Shown: positions 1-8,771 of the stretch, piece by piece
How positions within the stretch are numbered: position 1 is the first letter of the stretch
Layout of the letters: each line of letters begins with the position of its first letter
From: an uncultured Candidatus Bathyarchaeia archaeon
Lineage (GTDB): Archaea > Thermoproteota > Bathyarchaeia > TCS64
NCBI GenBank assembly: GCA_964618045.1
Contig: CAZTZC010000005.1
Location: forward strand, 1 to 36,776
Direction of reading: 5' to 3'
DNA: 36,776 bases
Translations under genes and position numbers: made by a program
The notes under the pieces: model-generated
What the model was told of the DNA's origin: nothing
Database searches by the model: none
What the model saw: the letters and a program-made list of their open reading frames with translations, nothing else

Positions 1-334
1 TGATCATGACGTCGTCGGGGCCCATCCTAGCCAGGTACGGTACGAGCTCAGCTGTGGTGCACTCCTTCAGCGCCCCTTTATCGAAGACGTAGTGTTTGTA
101 CCTGCCGTCAGCCTTGGTGATGCTGGTACCCTCCTTGGTTACGACTCCCGCCGTGAACATACCCTTGTTGATCTCCTTGCCAGTGAGCTCCTCGGCGACG
201 TAAGCCGTGGTGGTGCTCGTGGCGATTATCAGGGTTCCCTCCCGGTAGGCGTTCTGGACCGACTCCATGCAGGACACTGCCTTTGCTATGAGCCTCTTCC
301 CCTCAGCCGGGGTCAACGTGACCTGAGCCTTCAT
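1..334 (-). CDS. hypothetical protein, 3' end cut by window edge (N-terminus MKAQVTLTPAEGKRLIAKAV...)
   Basis: Hand translation of the reverse strand: ATG at 334-332 and the frame stays open to nt 1. There is an SD-like tgagga about 7 nt upstream and GC-rich third codon positions like the neighbouring genes. The listed + ORF 92..409 is its antisense shadow. Confidence 0.5.
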   Translation of the reverse strand, partial: MKAQVTLTPAEGKRLIAKAVSCMESVQNAYREGTLIIATSTTTAYVAEELTGKEINKGMFTAGVVTKEGTSITKADGRYKHYVFDKGALKECTTAELVPYLARMGPDDVMI

Positions 335-512
335 CAGTATTCCTCAGTATTGTTCAAAGTGTTGGAGGCTTGTAATAAAAAGGTAGCTGGTGATATCGAG
401 GCGTTGTAATACCTGTAAGACTTTACATACTCAAATTTTTTGAATGAGAAGATGTTCTTGTTGATAACTATTATTCACTAAAAAGTGACGCCTTCATAAA
501 TTGATTATGTAA

Positions 513-1031
513 TTAGCTCTCTTCTCTGTTTCTATAATGTAATATTCCTGCGATTACTACTCCCAGTATACCCGGGTATCTTAAAATACCGGCTTTAAAC
601 TTGACTTCTAGTCTGATCGTAAATATTTTTTCAAGTTCCTCTTGCGAGGCTGGTTCTTGGTTGATGATCACTATATGCCAAGAGTCTTCGTATGGAACTC
701 TAAACTGGACGTAGGTACTCGTAGTTGAGTCTATGCCCTCCAAGTTACTCCCTCGGGGGGTAAATGAATCAAAGTTATTTGACTCGATGTACGACTGATA
801 CTGAGTGTCATCCATTATGTACATCATCAATGCTTTCCATGATTCTCTGATGTTTGGTGTTCTATTATGAGCCTCTAACGTGATTACTGATTCTCTGAAG
901 AGAAAACCTGTGTCCCATGTCTTGACCGAATTTGGCTCAAAAACCAGTGTATCATCGCATAGTATGCTATTACCAAATATTGAAGCCATTACTAACATTG
1001 CGCTGAAATAAAAAAGGGATTTAGGAGTCAT
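513..1031 (-). CDS. hypothetical exported protein with N-terminal signal-like segment and C-terminal hydrophobic anchor (..YPGILGVVIAGILHYRNREES)
   Basis: 172-aa ORF in a low-GC island. Hydrophobic N-terminus FYFSAMLVMASIFG. The C-terminal PG-hydrophobic-basic tail is reminiscent of PGF-CTERM-type anchors. The start overlaps the upstream stop (TAATG). Confidence 0.6.
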   Translation of the reverse strand: MTPKSLFYFSAMLVMASIFGNSILCDDTLVFEPNSVKTWDTGFLFRESVITLEAHNRTPNIRESWKALMMYIMDDTQYQSYIESNNFDSFTPRGSNLEGIDSTTSTYVQFRVPYEDSWHIVIINQEPASQEELEKIFTIRLEVKFKAGILRYPGILGVVIAGILHYRNREES

Positions 1032-1807
1032 TAAGATTCATTTACAACTATGTAGATATAATTTGTTTCGGTTATTGTTCTAGATGTAACCCATCCGTCT
1101 AAAGGTTCCCAGTATACATCAAAATCTCCTCTAGTTGTAACCTTGATTTTGATTTTGATGTAGTCATCGACATCTCCATAGTATTTGACTTCTCCTCGCA
1201 TGGCATTATAGCCAGCAGAGCCAAAGCCTTGACTGATCGTTGTATAACAGGGGGATAAATCATCGCCTTTCAATAGACTAAATGGAGTTGGAATGATAAG
1301 ATTAATAAGTTCTAACAGTTCAGCAACATCATCCATCAGATCAACTAGAGTTTCCAGTTCAGAGCCGGAGCCCTTGTTTGCTACATGAGGATCTACATAT
1401 CGTACGTAGTTTACGCTTCCTGAGGGTTCTCCAGGGTCCTTCACATCATCGTCGTCGAGATCTTTCCATACCTGTACTGCCTGTAGTTTTATTAATATTG
1501 AGTCAAGTTCTACCCAATAATGTCCTTCTTGTGGATCATTATACCAGTCTTCTCCAAGGGCAGCTGAACAACCAACTTCAAATACTGATGAAGTTTCATC
1601 GGTGCATACTGGATCATATCTGATGCCCCATGTAATTGCGCCTACATCGTGACCTTCATAGGTTGCTACATCACTATTGTCTGAATCTTCTTCGTAGCTT
1701 CTACTCGCGTTACCAAGTGGTGTTAAGAAAAAACTAGATATTATTGTCATCGCCATGACAAATGTCATAAGCTTTTCTTTTTTGTACATGTGAACATCAT
1801 TAACCAT
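1031..1807 (-). CDS. hypothetical secreted acidic protein
   Basis: 258-aa ORF in the low-GC island with a signal-like segment MTFVMAMTIISSFFLTPLG. It is D/E-rich and I recognise no motif. It is translationally coupled to 513..1031. The true start may be an internal Met (MYKKEK or MTFVMAM). Confidence 0.6.
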   Translation of the reverse strand: MVNDVHMYKKEKLMTFVMAMTIISSFFLTPLGNASRSYEEDSDNSDVATYEGHDVGAITWGIRYDPVCTDETSSVFEVGCSAALGEDWYNDPQEGHYWVELDSILIKLQAVQVWKDLDDDDVKDPGEPSGSVNYVRYVDPHVANKGSGSELETLVDLMDDVAELLELINLIIPTPFSLLKGDDLSPCYTTISQGFGSAGYNAMRGEVKYYGDVDDYIKIKIKVTTRGDFDVYWEPLDGWVTSRTITETNYIYIVVNES

Positions 1808-2064
1808 TACTTAAATATATCTAGCAGTTCCCCCAACTGTATTTATTTTTATATGATTGTATTGGATCATATATTTAATCTCTTTATCGTTTCAATCCTT
1901 GTTTTAATGGAACAGCCTCTCGAACATGCCTAAGACTTTCACAAGCCGCCTATATTATGTTGGTTTCCGCCGCGCGTCACAAGTTAAAGAGTTAAGAAAA
2001 GTATGTTCGAAGCCGTGGCTCTATTTTGTACTAAAAAATAAACTCGGAGGGTTTCATCGGCCAG

Positions 2065-2853
2065 TTATGCTGCGCCCTCGGCGAGGGCCTCCGCGAATAT
2101 GGCGCCGAACTCGGTTAGGCTTATGACTTTCATCTTGCTGCCCTTCTCGGCGTCCACGAGGCCCTTCATCTCCAGCCGGGCCACTATCCTGCTGAACCTG
2201 TTCCTGAGGGTGCTGTTGGCTGCCTTGTGCCCGAACCATCTGATGATGTCGCTGATGCTGTCGGCCTCGCCGCCGTTCTCCCTCAGCAGCACCAGGAGCT
2301 TCTTCTCCCGCTCCCACTCCTTCTCCTCGTGCTTGCTGCTGGGCTCCAGCCTGTAGCCTGGTAGCTGTATCTCCGTGGGGTCCCTGCTGGGCTGGTCCCG
2401 CGCGCGCTCGAACCACTTCTCGAAGGATGCGTTCCCGGGCTTCCCGTTGACGTACCAGCCTGGGTCGGCGCTCGGCACGCTGTAGACGCGGGCGTTCCTG
2501 AACATGAGTGCGATGGTGAGCGCAATGCCCATGGCTGTGTTGGTGGTGCTGGTGATGTCTATGAGCACCTCCTCGCCCGCGTCCCTCGCCTGGCTCATTA
2601 TGCCCCAGATGGTGCGGAAGACGCTTCTCTGATCCATGGGGTTGAACCCCACCATTATGGGGTCTAGGATCTCCAGCTTCTCCCTGAGCTCCTTGGCGTT
2701 TGTCTCGCTCATGTAAGCGAAGGGGTTATCCTCTGCCTCCATGTCGCTGTGGAGCAGGTAAAGCTTGGTTATTCCATGTACTTTACTCCAGTACCTTATC
2801 CCGTCGAAGGCTCGACGGTAGTGTTGTCCCACGAGGCAGATTATTATCGTCAT
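2065..2853 (-). CDS. Csa3-like CARF-domain / winged-helix transcriptional regulator (orphan, no cas genes nearby)
   Basis: The N-terminal Rossmann-like pattern (MTIIICLVGQ, LYLLHSD, LIDITSTTNTAMGIALTIAL) parallels the Csa3 CARF domain (..SDLTMGMRMINTLILL..). The C-terminus KKLLVLLRENGG..RLEMKGLVDAEKGSKMKVISLTEFG looks like a MarR-like wHTH. Host-like high GC. Confidence 0.6.
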   Translation of the reverse strand: MTIIICLVGQHYRRAFDGIRYWSKVHGITKLYLLHSDMEAEDNPFAYMSETNAKELREKLEILDPIMVGFNPMDQRSVFRTIWGIMSQARDAGEEVLIDITSTTNTAMGIALTIALMFRNARVYSVPSADPGWYVNGKPGNASFEKWFERARDQPSRDPTEIQLPGYRLEPSSKHEEKEWEREKKLLVLLRENGGEADSISDIIRWFGHKAANSTLRNRFSRIVARLEMKGLVDAEKGSKMKVISLTEFGAIFAEALAEGAA

Positions 2854-2913
2854 GTCGGATCACCAAATGATTATCTATCTTATCGATTAACCAATATAAC
2901 ATAGAATATATAA

Positions 2914-2993
2914 AATATCGTGAATCGAGCATCGATGATCCCTATGATTTACTTCCTATGAGACAATCTCATAAAATCCAAGGATATCGTGAT
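2914..2993. promoter_or_regulatory. operator-like motif cluster in the divergent regulator/nrdH spacer
   Basis: Two direct repeats ATATCGTGA(A/T)T at 2914-2924 and 2983-2993. They bracket a perfect palindrome TATGAGA-caa-TCTCATA at 2956-2972, inside a 274-bp AT-rich divergent intergenic region. Confidence 0.35.
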
Positions 2994-3127
2994 TATTCTA
3001 CCAGACACATCTTTCAGTATTAGGATTTAAATGATTAAGATAATATAGAACGATTCGCGTATTAAGTGCGTCTAAATGTAGTGGCTCCTATCGAGGAGGC
3101 ACACTAGGGGAGGATGTTGCAGTTAAA

Positions 3128-3382
3128 ATGAAGGTTACGGTGTATTCTCTGCCCGATTGCCCTAAATGTGAAAAGCTTAAGAATTTCCTAAAAGGTAGTG
3201 ACGTCGATTTCGAGGCCAAGTGGTTTGACACAGAGGCCCAGACAGATTTCATAATGATGAACATGTTCGGTAACCCACCCATACTCACGTTAGGCGACAA
3301 CGTTAGGGTGGAGCCCTCCGAGAATTTGTTTGACGGAGAGGAGCTAAGACCGGATCAAGTTTTGGAGGTATTGAATGGCTAG
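3128..3382 (+). CDS. nrdH: glutaredoxin-like / NrdH-like redoxin
   Basis: 84 aa with a CPKC redox motif near the N-terminus (YSLPDCPKCEKLK) and thioredoxin-fold length. GGAGG SD upstream. Overlaps the nrdD start by 8 nt. Confidence 0.8.
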   Translation: MKVTVYSLPDCPKCEKLKNFLKGSDVDFEAKWFDTEAQTDFIMMNMFGNPPILTLGDNVRVEPSENLFDGEELRPDQVLEVLNG

Positions 3383-5621
3383 GAATCGTGATTTGCCGCC
3401 TTACCAGCGTAAGATAGAGGAGTTCTTCACAGAGAACGTGTACATGGGCATGCCCATGGTCCGCACCACGGACGGCTACCTGATCCCGTGGGACAAGACC
3501 AGGATCATAGACATGCTCGACAAGGAGACCACGCTCGCCGAGAAGATGTTCGACATCCCGGCGATAAGCGAGCTGACAGCCGAGAAGGTGGCCGACGAGG
3601 CTGAGCGCCGCATCAGGCTTACTCGTCCACGATATGTTTCGGGGCCCATGGTGAGGGAGATCACAAACAACGTACTGCTTGAGTGGAGCCACGAGATACC
3701 CGAGTTCCAGATCTACAGGAACCTGCTCACCAGGGTCGGGGCTCCCCTCTACGACGCGTACCAGATCGACACGGGGAACGGCTTCGAGGCCAAGGAGAAC
3801 GCCAACCTCCAGCCAAACCCCGAGACGGTGCACAAGAAGAAGGCCGACAGGCTGAGCAAGGAGCAGTACCTGCTGCTCATGGACCCGAAGCTGTCGACGG
3901 CCCACCACCAGGGGGACATCCACATCCACACCCTGGAGTACTTCGGCACCAGGCCGTTCTGCCAGGACTGGGACCTCAGGTACTTCCTCTACTATGGGCT
4001 GCTTCCCGACGGGAAGGGCTACCAGAGCAGCGTGGCCGGCCCCGCCAAGCAGCCCGAGGTCGCCATACTTCACAGCGTCAAGATCCTCGCCGCCGGGCAG
4101 ACCAACTTCAGCGGCGGACAGGGCTTCATGTACTACACCATGTTCTTGGCGCCTTTCATGAAGGGCCTCAGCTACAAGCAGATCAAGCAGCTGGCCCAGA
4201 TGATGTTCTACGAGCTTACCCAGACATACGTGACCCGCGGCGGCCAGCTGGTCTTCAGTAACATCCAGCTCCCCATGGGGGTCCCCAAGATATGGAGGGA
4301 CGTGCCCGTGGTCATGCAGGGAAGGATCGGGCCCGACACCTACGGCGACTACGAGGACGAGGTGCAGCTGTTCTTCCGCGCCATCAACGAGGTCGCGCTG
4401 GAGGGCGACTACTGGGGCAAGCCCTTTAACTTCCCCAAGAACGAGAACTACGTGAGCCCAGAGTTCTTCAAGCCAGAGTACGACGACCTGTGGCTGCTGG
4501 TCCACGAGGCGGTGAGCAAGTTCGGTGCCCCCTACTTCGACAACATGCTGCCCGCGTACCGCGGCTACGGGAACGGCATAAGCTGCTACCAGTGCTGCGC
4601 CTACCAGTTCGCCAACACGCCGGAGACCGACGAGCACTTCGACGAGAAGCTCTGGTTCCAGGACGGCATGCACTTCAGCATGGGCGGATGGCAGGTGGTG
4701 AGCATCAACATGCCCAGGCTCGCCTACAGGGCCAACGGCGACTACGACAAGCTGCTGGAGTACGCCAAGGAGAACATGAGGCTGTCGATGGGTGTCTTCG
4801 ACGCCAAGCGCCGCTGGATGGACAAGACCATCAGCGGCGGCATGGTACCCTTCGCCACACAGACGCCCCGGGACCCCAGGACCGGCCAGAAGGGGCCGCC
4901 GGCCGTGGACTTCAGCGAGCTGGTGAACGTCATAGGCGTGGTGGGCATCAACGAGATGGTACAGCACTTCGCGGGCAGCCAGCTCCACGAGGCGGACGAC
5001 GCCGTCAGGCTAGCCGTACGGCTGCTGCTTGACATGGAGAAGTTCAGGAAGGGCCTGGAGATGAGGAGCGGCTGGAAGGTCATGCTGGCAAGGACGCCGG
5101 CGGAGAGCACGGCCCAGACCTTCGCGGTCGCCGACCTGTTACACCCGGAGTACAAGAGCAAGGCCAGGGAGATGGTGAAGGGCGACCTCAGCCAGATCAA
5201 CGGAGCCCCCAAGAACCGTGACCTGCCCATCTACTACACCAACGGCACCCACACCTACGTCGGCGCCAAGGTGCCCCTGGGTAAGAGGATCGACATAGAG
5301 CACAAGTTCTTCCCCATACTCAGCGGCGGCAACATCTTCCACGCCTGGATAGGCGAGAGCGCGTCGGACCCGGAGGCGCTGTACAAGCTGACGCAGCGCA
5401 TCTGCCGCAACAGCCAGATAGGGTACTTCAGCTACACCAAGGACCTCACGATTTGCAGCCAGTGCCAGACCACGGCCGCTGGTATGTTGACCAAGTGCCC
5501 GACGTGCGGCAGCGAGAACGTCAGGTGGTGGAGCAGGATCACGGGCTACTACACGGACGTGACGGGCTGGAACGAGGGCAAGCGCCAGGAGCTCATGGAC
5601 AGGTACCGCGTCACAGTCTAG
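3375..5621 (+). CDS. nrdD: anaerobic ribonucleoside-triphosphate reductase (class III RNR)
   Basis: 748 aa. The C-terminal Zn-ribbon is CSQC..CPTC, followed by the glycyl-radical motif SRITGYYT (Gly codon 5544-5546) and ..WNEGKRQELMDRY, typical of NrdD. Confidence 0.92.
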   Translation: MARNRDLPPYQRKIEEFFTENVYMGMPMVRTTDGYLIPWDKTRIIDMLDKETTLAEKMFDIPAISELTAEKVADEAERRIRLTRPRYVSGPMVREITNNVLLEWSHEIPEFQIYRNLLTRVGAPLYDAYQIDTGNGFEAKENANLQPNPETVHKKKADRLSKEQYLLLMDPKLSTAHHQGDIHIHTLEYFGTRPFCQDWDLRYFLYYGLLPDGKGYQSSVAGPAKQPEVAILHSVKILAAGQTNFSGGQGFMYYTMFLAPFMKGLSYKQIKQLAQMMFYELTQTYVTRGGQLVFSNIQLPMGVPKIWRDVPVVMQGRIGPDTYGDYEDEVQLFFRAINEVALEGDYWGKPFNFPKNENYVSPEFFKPEYDDLWLLVHEAVSKFGAPYFDNMLPAYRGYGNGISCYQCCAYQFANTPETDEHFDEKLWFQDGMHFSMGGWQVVSINMPRLAYRANGDYDKLLEYAKENMRLSMGVFDAKRRWMDKTISGGMVPFATQTPRDPRTGQKGPPAVDFSELVNVIGVVGINEMVQHFAGSQLHEADDAVRLAVRLLLDMEKFRKGLEMRSGWKVMLARTPAESTAQTFAVADLLHPEYKSKAREMVKGDLSQINGAPKNRDLPIYYTNGTHTYVGAKVPLGKRIDIEHKFFPILSGGNIFHAWIGESASDPEALYKLTQRICRNSQIGYFSYTKDLTICSQCQTTAAGMLTKCPTCGSENVRWWSRITGYYTDVTGWNEGKRQELMDRYRVTV

Positions 5622-5678
5622 CCCCTTCAAACATCTTCTATATTCCATTTTTATCTTCGAGAAGCGTATCAGGTATCG

Positions 5679-6062
5679 ATGAAATCCACCATTGACGGCT
5701 CCATCACCTTCTTCTACTACGACGACCTCGCCGAGGCCTCCAGGTTCTACGGTGAGACCATGGGCTTCGAGAAGGTGCTCGACGTGGGATTCGCCCAGCT
5801 GTTCAAGATATATGACAACGTCCACGTGGGCCTCGTAGACGGCAGCAGAGGCAGCATGAGGCCGGCCGAGCAAAAGTCGGTGATGCTCTCCTTCTTCGTG
5901 GACGACGTAAATGAGTGGTACAACATGTTAAAGGACAAGGGTCTTGATTTACGCCCTCCCGAGGAGCCGGACTACCTCAAGATGAAGGTCTTGATCTTCA
6001 AGGACCCAGAGGGCTACACGCTTGAGCTGCTCCAGTGGCTCAAGAAGCCCTACGGGCAGTAG
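5679..6062 (+). CDS. VOC (glyoxalase/bleomycin-resistance/dioxygenase) family protein, paralogue 1
   Basis: 127 aa with ..A.RFYGETMGFEKV.., HVGLVD and DPEGYTLELLQ, a typical VOC beta-alpha-beta-beta-beta module. By-eye alignment suggests under half identity to 13257..13643. Confidence 0.8.
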   Translation: MKSTIDGSITFFYYDDLAEASRFYGETMGFEKVLDVGFAQLFKIYDNVHVGLVDGSRGSMRPAEQKSVMLSFFVDDVNEWYNMLKDKGLDLRPPEEPDYLKMKVLIFKDPEGYTLELLQWLKKPYGQ

Positions 6063-6106
6063 TTCGCAAGTATTATATCCGTCAACTCTTTTTAGTTTAC
6101 TCAGAG

Positions 6107-6574
6107 ATGACTTTCCGCGGCGGCTACCTGACACCCCGTGAGGCCGATATCTGGGACCTGAGGCGTAGGGATAACAGCCAGTCGGACATCGGGCGCTTCC
6201 TCGGCGTCAGCCGGCAGGCCATCCACAAGACCTACCAGATCATCGACCAGAAGATGGAGCAGGCGTTCATGGAGGCCGCGGACACCAACAACCTGGAGGC
6301 CAAGACGGTGAACCTGGTGGACGGGGTGATGGAGGCCTACAGCCCAGCCCATAGGCTTCCGGTCGTCGTCAGCTTCAGCAAGGTTAACGGCGTGAAGGTC
6401 TGGTACTTCTACGAGGGTAACTGCGACGGATGCAACCACAACAGGCTGTGCAGGGTGACGTTGGAGGACGAGGCCGAGGAGAGGGGCATCGAGCTCAGCG
6501 ACATGGAGAGGCTCCTGACCCCGAGCCAGCTTGCCCACAGGATATTCAGCCGTTACATGGAGGGGCACAACTGA
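6107..6574 (+). CDS. HTH DNA-binding protein, Tfx-like / sigma-70 region-4-like N-terminal HTH
   Basis: YLTPREADIWDLRRRDNSQSDIGRFLGVSRQAIHKT resembles the LuxR/sigma-r4-type HTH found in archaeal Tfx. The C-terminal half has a CDGC..C cluster. I trimmed the start to ATG 6107 to avoid overlap with the VOC gene. Confidence 0.55.
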   Translation: MTFRGGYLTPREADIWDLRRRDNSQSDIGRFLGVSRQAIHKTYQIIDQKMEQAFMEAADTNNLEAKTVNLVDGVMEAYSPAHRLPVVVSFSKVNGVKVWYFYEGNCDGCNHNRLCRVTLEDEAEERGIELSDMERLLTPSQLAHRIFSRYMEGHN

Positions 6575-6888
6575 TGGAGAAACATTGGATCGCCTACGCG
6601 TGCCCTTTCCCCCCTGGGGCGCAGAAGCCGCCGGTAGATCACGTGCCACGCCGGTGGCGTAGGACTCTACGACGGAACGTCGTCAACCTGAGGTCTATAT
6701 CCCTCGTGTTGGCTTTCCTGTCTGTCACCTACCTCTATGTGAACGGGTATGGTTTGATTAACACCACGGGGGAGCCTGTGTTGTTCAGCGACAACTTTTT
6801 CGTGTTGCTGAGTCTGGGTTCTTACTTCGCCGTGATGTTGATGTGGTACATCCGCAGGTGGAAGTCTATGCGTAGGCGGAGACAGTGA
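6574..6888 (+). CDS. small hypothetical membrane protein (two predicted TM segments, Arg-rich ends)
   Basis: ATG at 6574 overlaps the upstream TGA (ATGA coupling). Hydrophobic stretches ISLVLAFLSVTYLYV and FFVLLSLGSYFAVMLMWYI. No recognisable family. Confidence 0.4.
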   Translation: MEKHWIAYACPFPPGAQKPPVDHVPRRWRRTLRRNVVNLRSISLVLAFLSVTYLYVNGYGLINTTGEPVLFSDNFFVLLSLGSYFAVMLMWYIRRWKSMRRRRQ

Positions 6889-7056
6889 GATAAACCCGAT
6901 ACGTCAACCAATATAGATTGACACGAGTGTTATGTTACCAGCGACATGGACAGCGGCTGAGCGTAGGAACCATCATGCCATAGGCTACTCAGCTAACGAC
7001 GAGCCCAAGGAGCCGCGGAGAGCGCTGAACGAACTCGTTTACAGGAACACGATGAG

Positions 7057-8301
7057 CTAGTCAAGGGGTAGCGCCGGGAATATCCTGTCCACAAGCCGCA
7101 TCTTGTAGTCGTCCAGGAACACGAAGCCGTGCCTCTCCAGTATGGCGTCGAAGCCCTCAACGAGCTCCTCGTCAACCAAGTCCATGAAGGGATTAATGTA
7201 GAACAGTTTATACTCGGTGTACTCGGCGAGCCTACCATAGTCCTCTATGGCCTGGGACAGGTGCGGCTCCTCGGTTATCACGCCGTCGCTGCCTATGAAG
7301 ATGGCCTTGGAGGCCAGCTCCGTCTGCCAGGGCTGGAGGCTGTTCATGACATACTTAATGGGTATATCCGACTCCATCCTGACTTCGTCCAGAAGCTGCG
7401 CCGACCAGGCGGCCTCCTGCACGGTGTAGCATCTGTCCAGCCTGTCGATGGCGAAGCCGTCGATCTCTGGGAACCTCTCGGTGAGCTCTATCATGCCCTG
7501 CTTCAGGTACCGGTACCACCCCTTGGACGGGTCCAGGGTCATGAGGCTCCACCAGTCACCGGACTCCAGCACGCAGTCGCTGAAACGATAGGATACGCTG
7601 CGGTGGCTCTCAGAGACATCCACGTAGAGTATGTTGCTGAAGCCCAGCTCCTTGAACTCGGCTAGTTTTTCACGGATCTCGGTATCGGAGGACCGGTAGT
7701 TGAAGTAGTCGCCCCAAACAGGGAAGTCGGGAAACACGTAGTTCCACTTTAGTACGCTGAACCTTGACTCGTCTAGGTATGGCCCGATGAGCCCCAGGGA
7801 ATCGACCCCGATATGCGTCACGAACATGACAGTCTTCTCCGGCATGGGCTCCAGCAGATCGGAGATGTCGAGAGCCATGTTCAACCGTAAACAGTTATTT
7901 TCGAGACACCAGTCGCCCTCTGAGAGCTCGAACGAGACGGACTCGCCTTCGTCGTTCTCGACGGTGACCGTTACCTTTGCTATCCCTGGGGGTTCTGTGT
8001 CTGCTGTTGGAGGTGGTGCAGGGGTAGTGGGGCCGACGATGACCGCCTTATCGTCTGGCAGCGGCTTCCATTGAACAGTCTTCCCGGCCGTGAGTGAGTC
8101 TAGGTATACGCCTTCTCCTAGGATGGCTTCGCGCGTGATGTTTCTTCTCCTCGAGAACCTGTAGGTTATGTCTACCGGGTATTCTTTTTTTGGGTCGATG
8201 CTGGTAACGGTGGCTTCGTAGATCGCGTCAGAGGCGACGGTAGGTGTCACAAGAAGAGTCGTTAATATCGTGACAGCAAGTATAAGGTGGAGCTTCTTCA
8301 T
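7057..8301 (-). CDS. hypothetical secreted protein (Sec signal peptide, Pro/Thr linker; C-terminal domain possibly TIM-barrel glycosidase-like, unverified)
   Basis: 414 aa with signal MKKLHLILAVTILTTLLVTPTVASD and linker PTTPAPPPTADTEPP. The segment ..FPEIDGFAIDRLDR.. is only weakly reminiscent of GHL-type hydrolase-like families. Confidence 0.6.
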   Translation of the reverse strand: MKKLHLILAVTILTTLLVTPTVASDAIYEATVTSIDPKKEYPVDITYRFSRRRNITREAILGEGVYLDSLTAGKTVQWKPLPDDKAVIVGPTTPAPPPTADTEPPGIAKVTVTVENDEGESVSFELSEGDWCLENNCLRLNMALDISDLLEPMPEKTVMFVTHIGVDSLGLIGPYLDESRFSVLKWNYVFPDFPVWGDYFNYRSSDTEIREKLAEFKELGFSNILYVDVSESHRSVSYRFSDCVLESGDWWSLMTLDPSKGWYRYLKQGMIELTERFPEIDGFAIDRLDRCYTVQEAAWSAQLLDEVRMESDIPIKYVMNSLQPWQTELASKAIFIGSDGVITEEPHLSQAIEDYGRLAEYTEYKLFYINPFMDLVDEELVEGFDAILERHGFVFLDDYKMRLVDRIFPALPLD

Positions 8302-8771
8302 GTCTCAAAGTCCTGGGCGAAATTCTTCTAAATGATTATGCATTGAAAGAACGTTATTTTGAATATATATCAGTGATACTAAACATCAAAAAAACGAGAA
8401 AATGCCTAAAAAACATCTATTATACGCAAAATAATTCTATCAATACATAAAACTAACGATAAGAGAAACATGCTGCGGCTAAGATGATGAAGTCCATAAG
8501 CTGAGACTCCGTAAATTTACAGATATGGATCAAAAATAAGATTCATAGTCAACAAGAACCTGAAACTGGCTATATCTTGGTGCACTCTTAGCCTATTTAA
8601 AAAACGCTAGAAGAATGGAATAAAATGTAAAAATGATCTGTCTGGAAAGTTGAATCATTATTAGTTAAGTAAAATATAATAAGTGTCCATTGAGCGACCG
8701 CTGTCCGTGGATAAGACTACGCTCGGTTGTGAAGCCTGAGATTTCCAGTCCACGCAGCTAGATAAGGAAGG

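Noticed and set aside
92-409. 105-aa plus-strand ORF at the left edge.
   Set aside because: The reverse strand carries a more plausible gene with an ATG, an SD-like sequence and gene-like codon bias that runs off the window. The plus ORF is its shadow and extends into AT-rich spacer.
3303-4988. 561-aa ORF antisense to nrdD. Similar long antisense or overlapping ORFs lie at 26289..27611, 25002..25910, 11981..12844, 5139..5873, 35297..35848, 30946..31623, 18476..19267 and 33195..33710.
   Set aside because: The translations are low-complexity (L/V/G/H/A/R/P/D-rich) with no recognisable motif. The opposite strand encodes unmistakable conserved proteins. High GC3 in the sense frame depletes stop codons in the antisense frames, which explains the ORF lengths.
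8486-8530. atgatga ... ctga (C box plus a D'-like box 10 nt later) in the AT-rich spacer upstream of padR.
   Set aside because: No C' (UGAUGA) or terminal D box follows within the expected 20-35 nt, and no terminal stem is present. This is insufficient for a C/D sRNA call.
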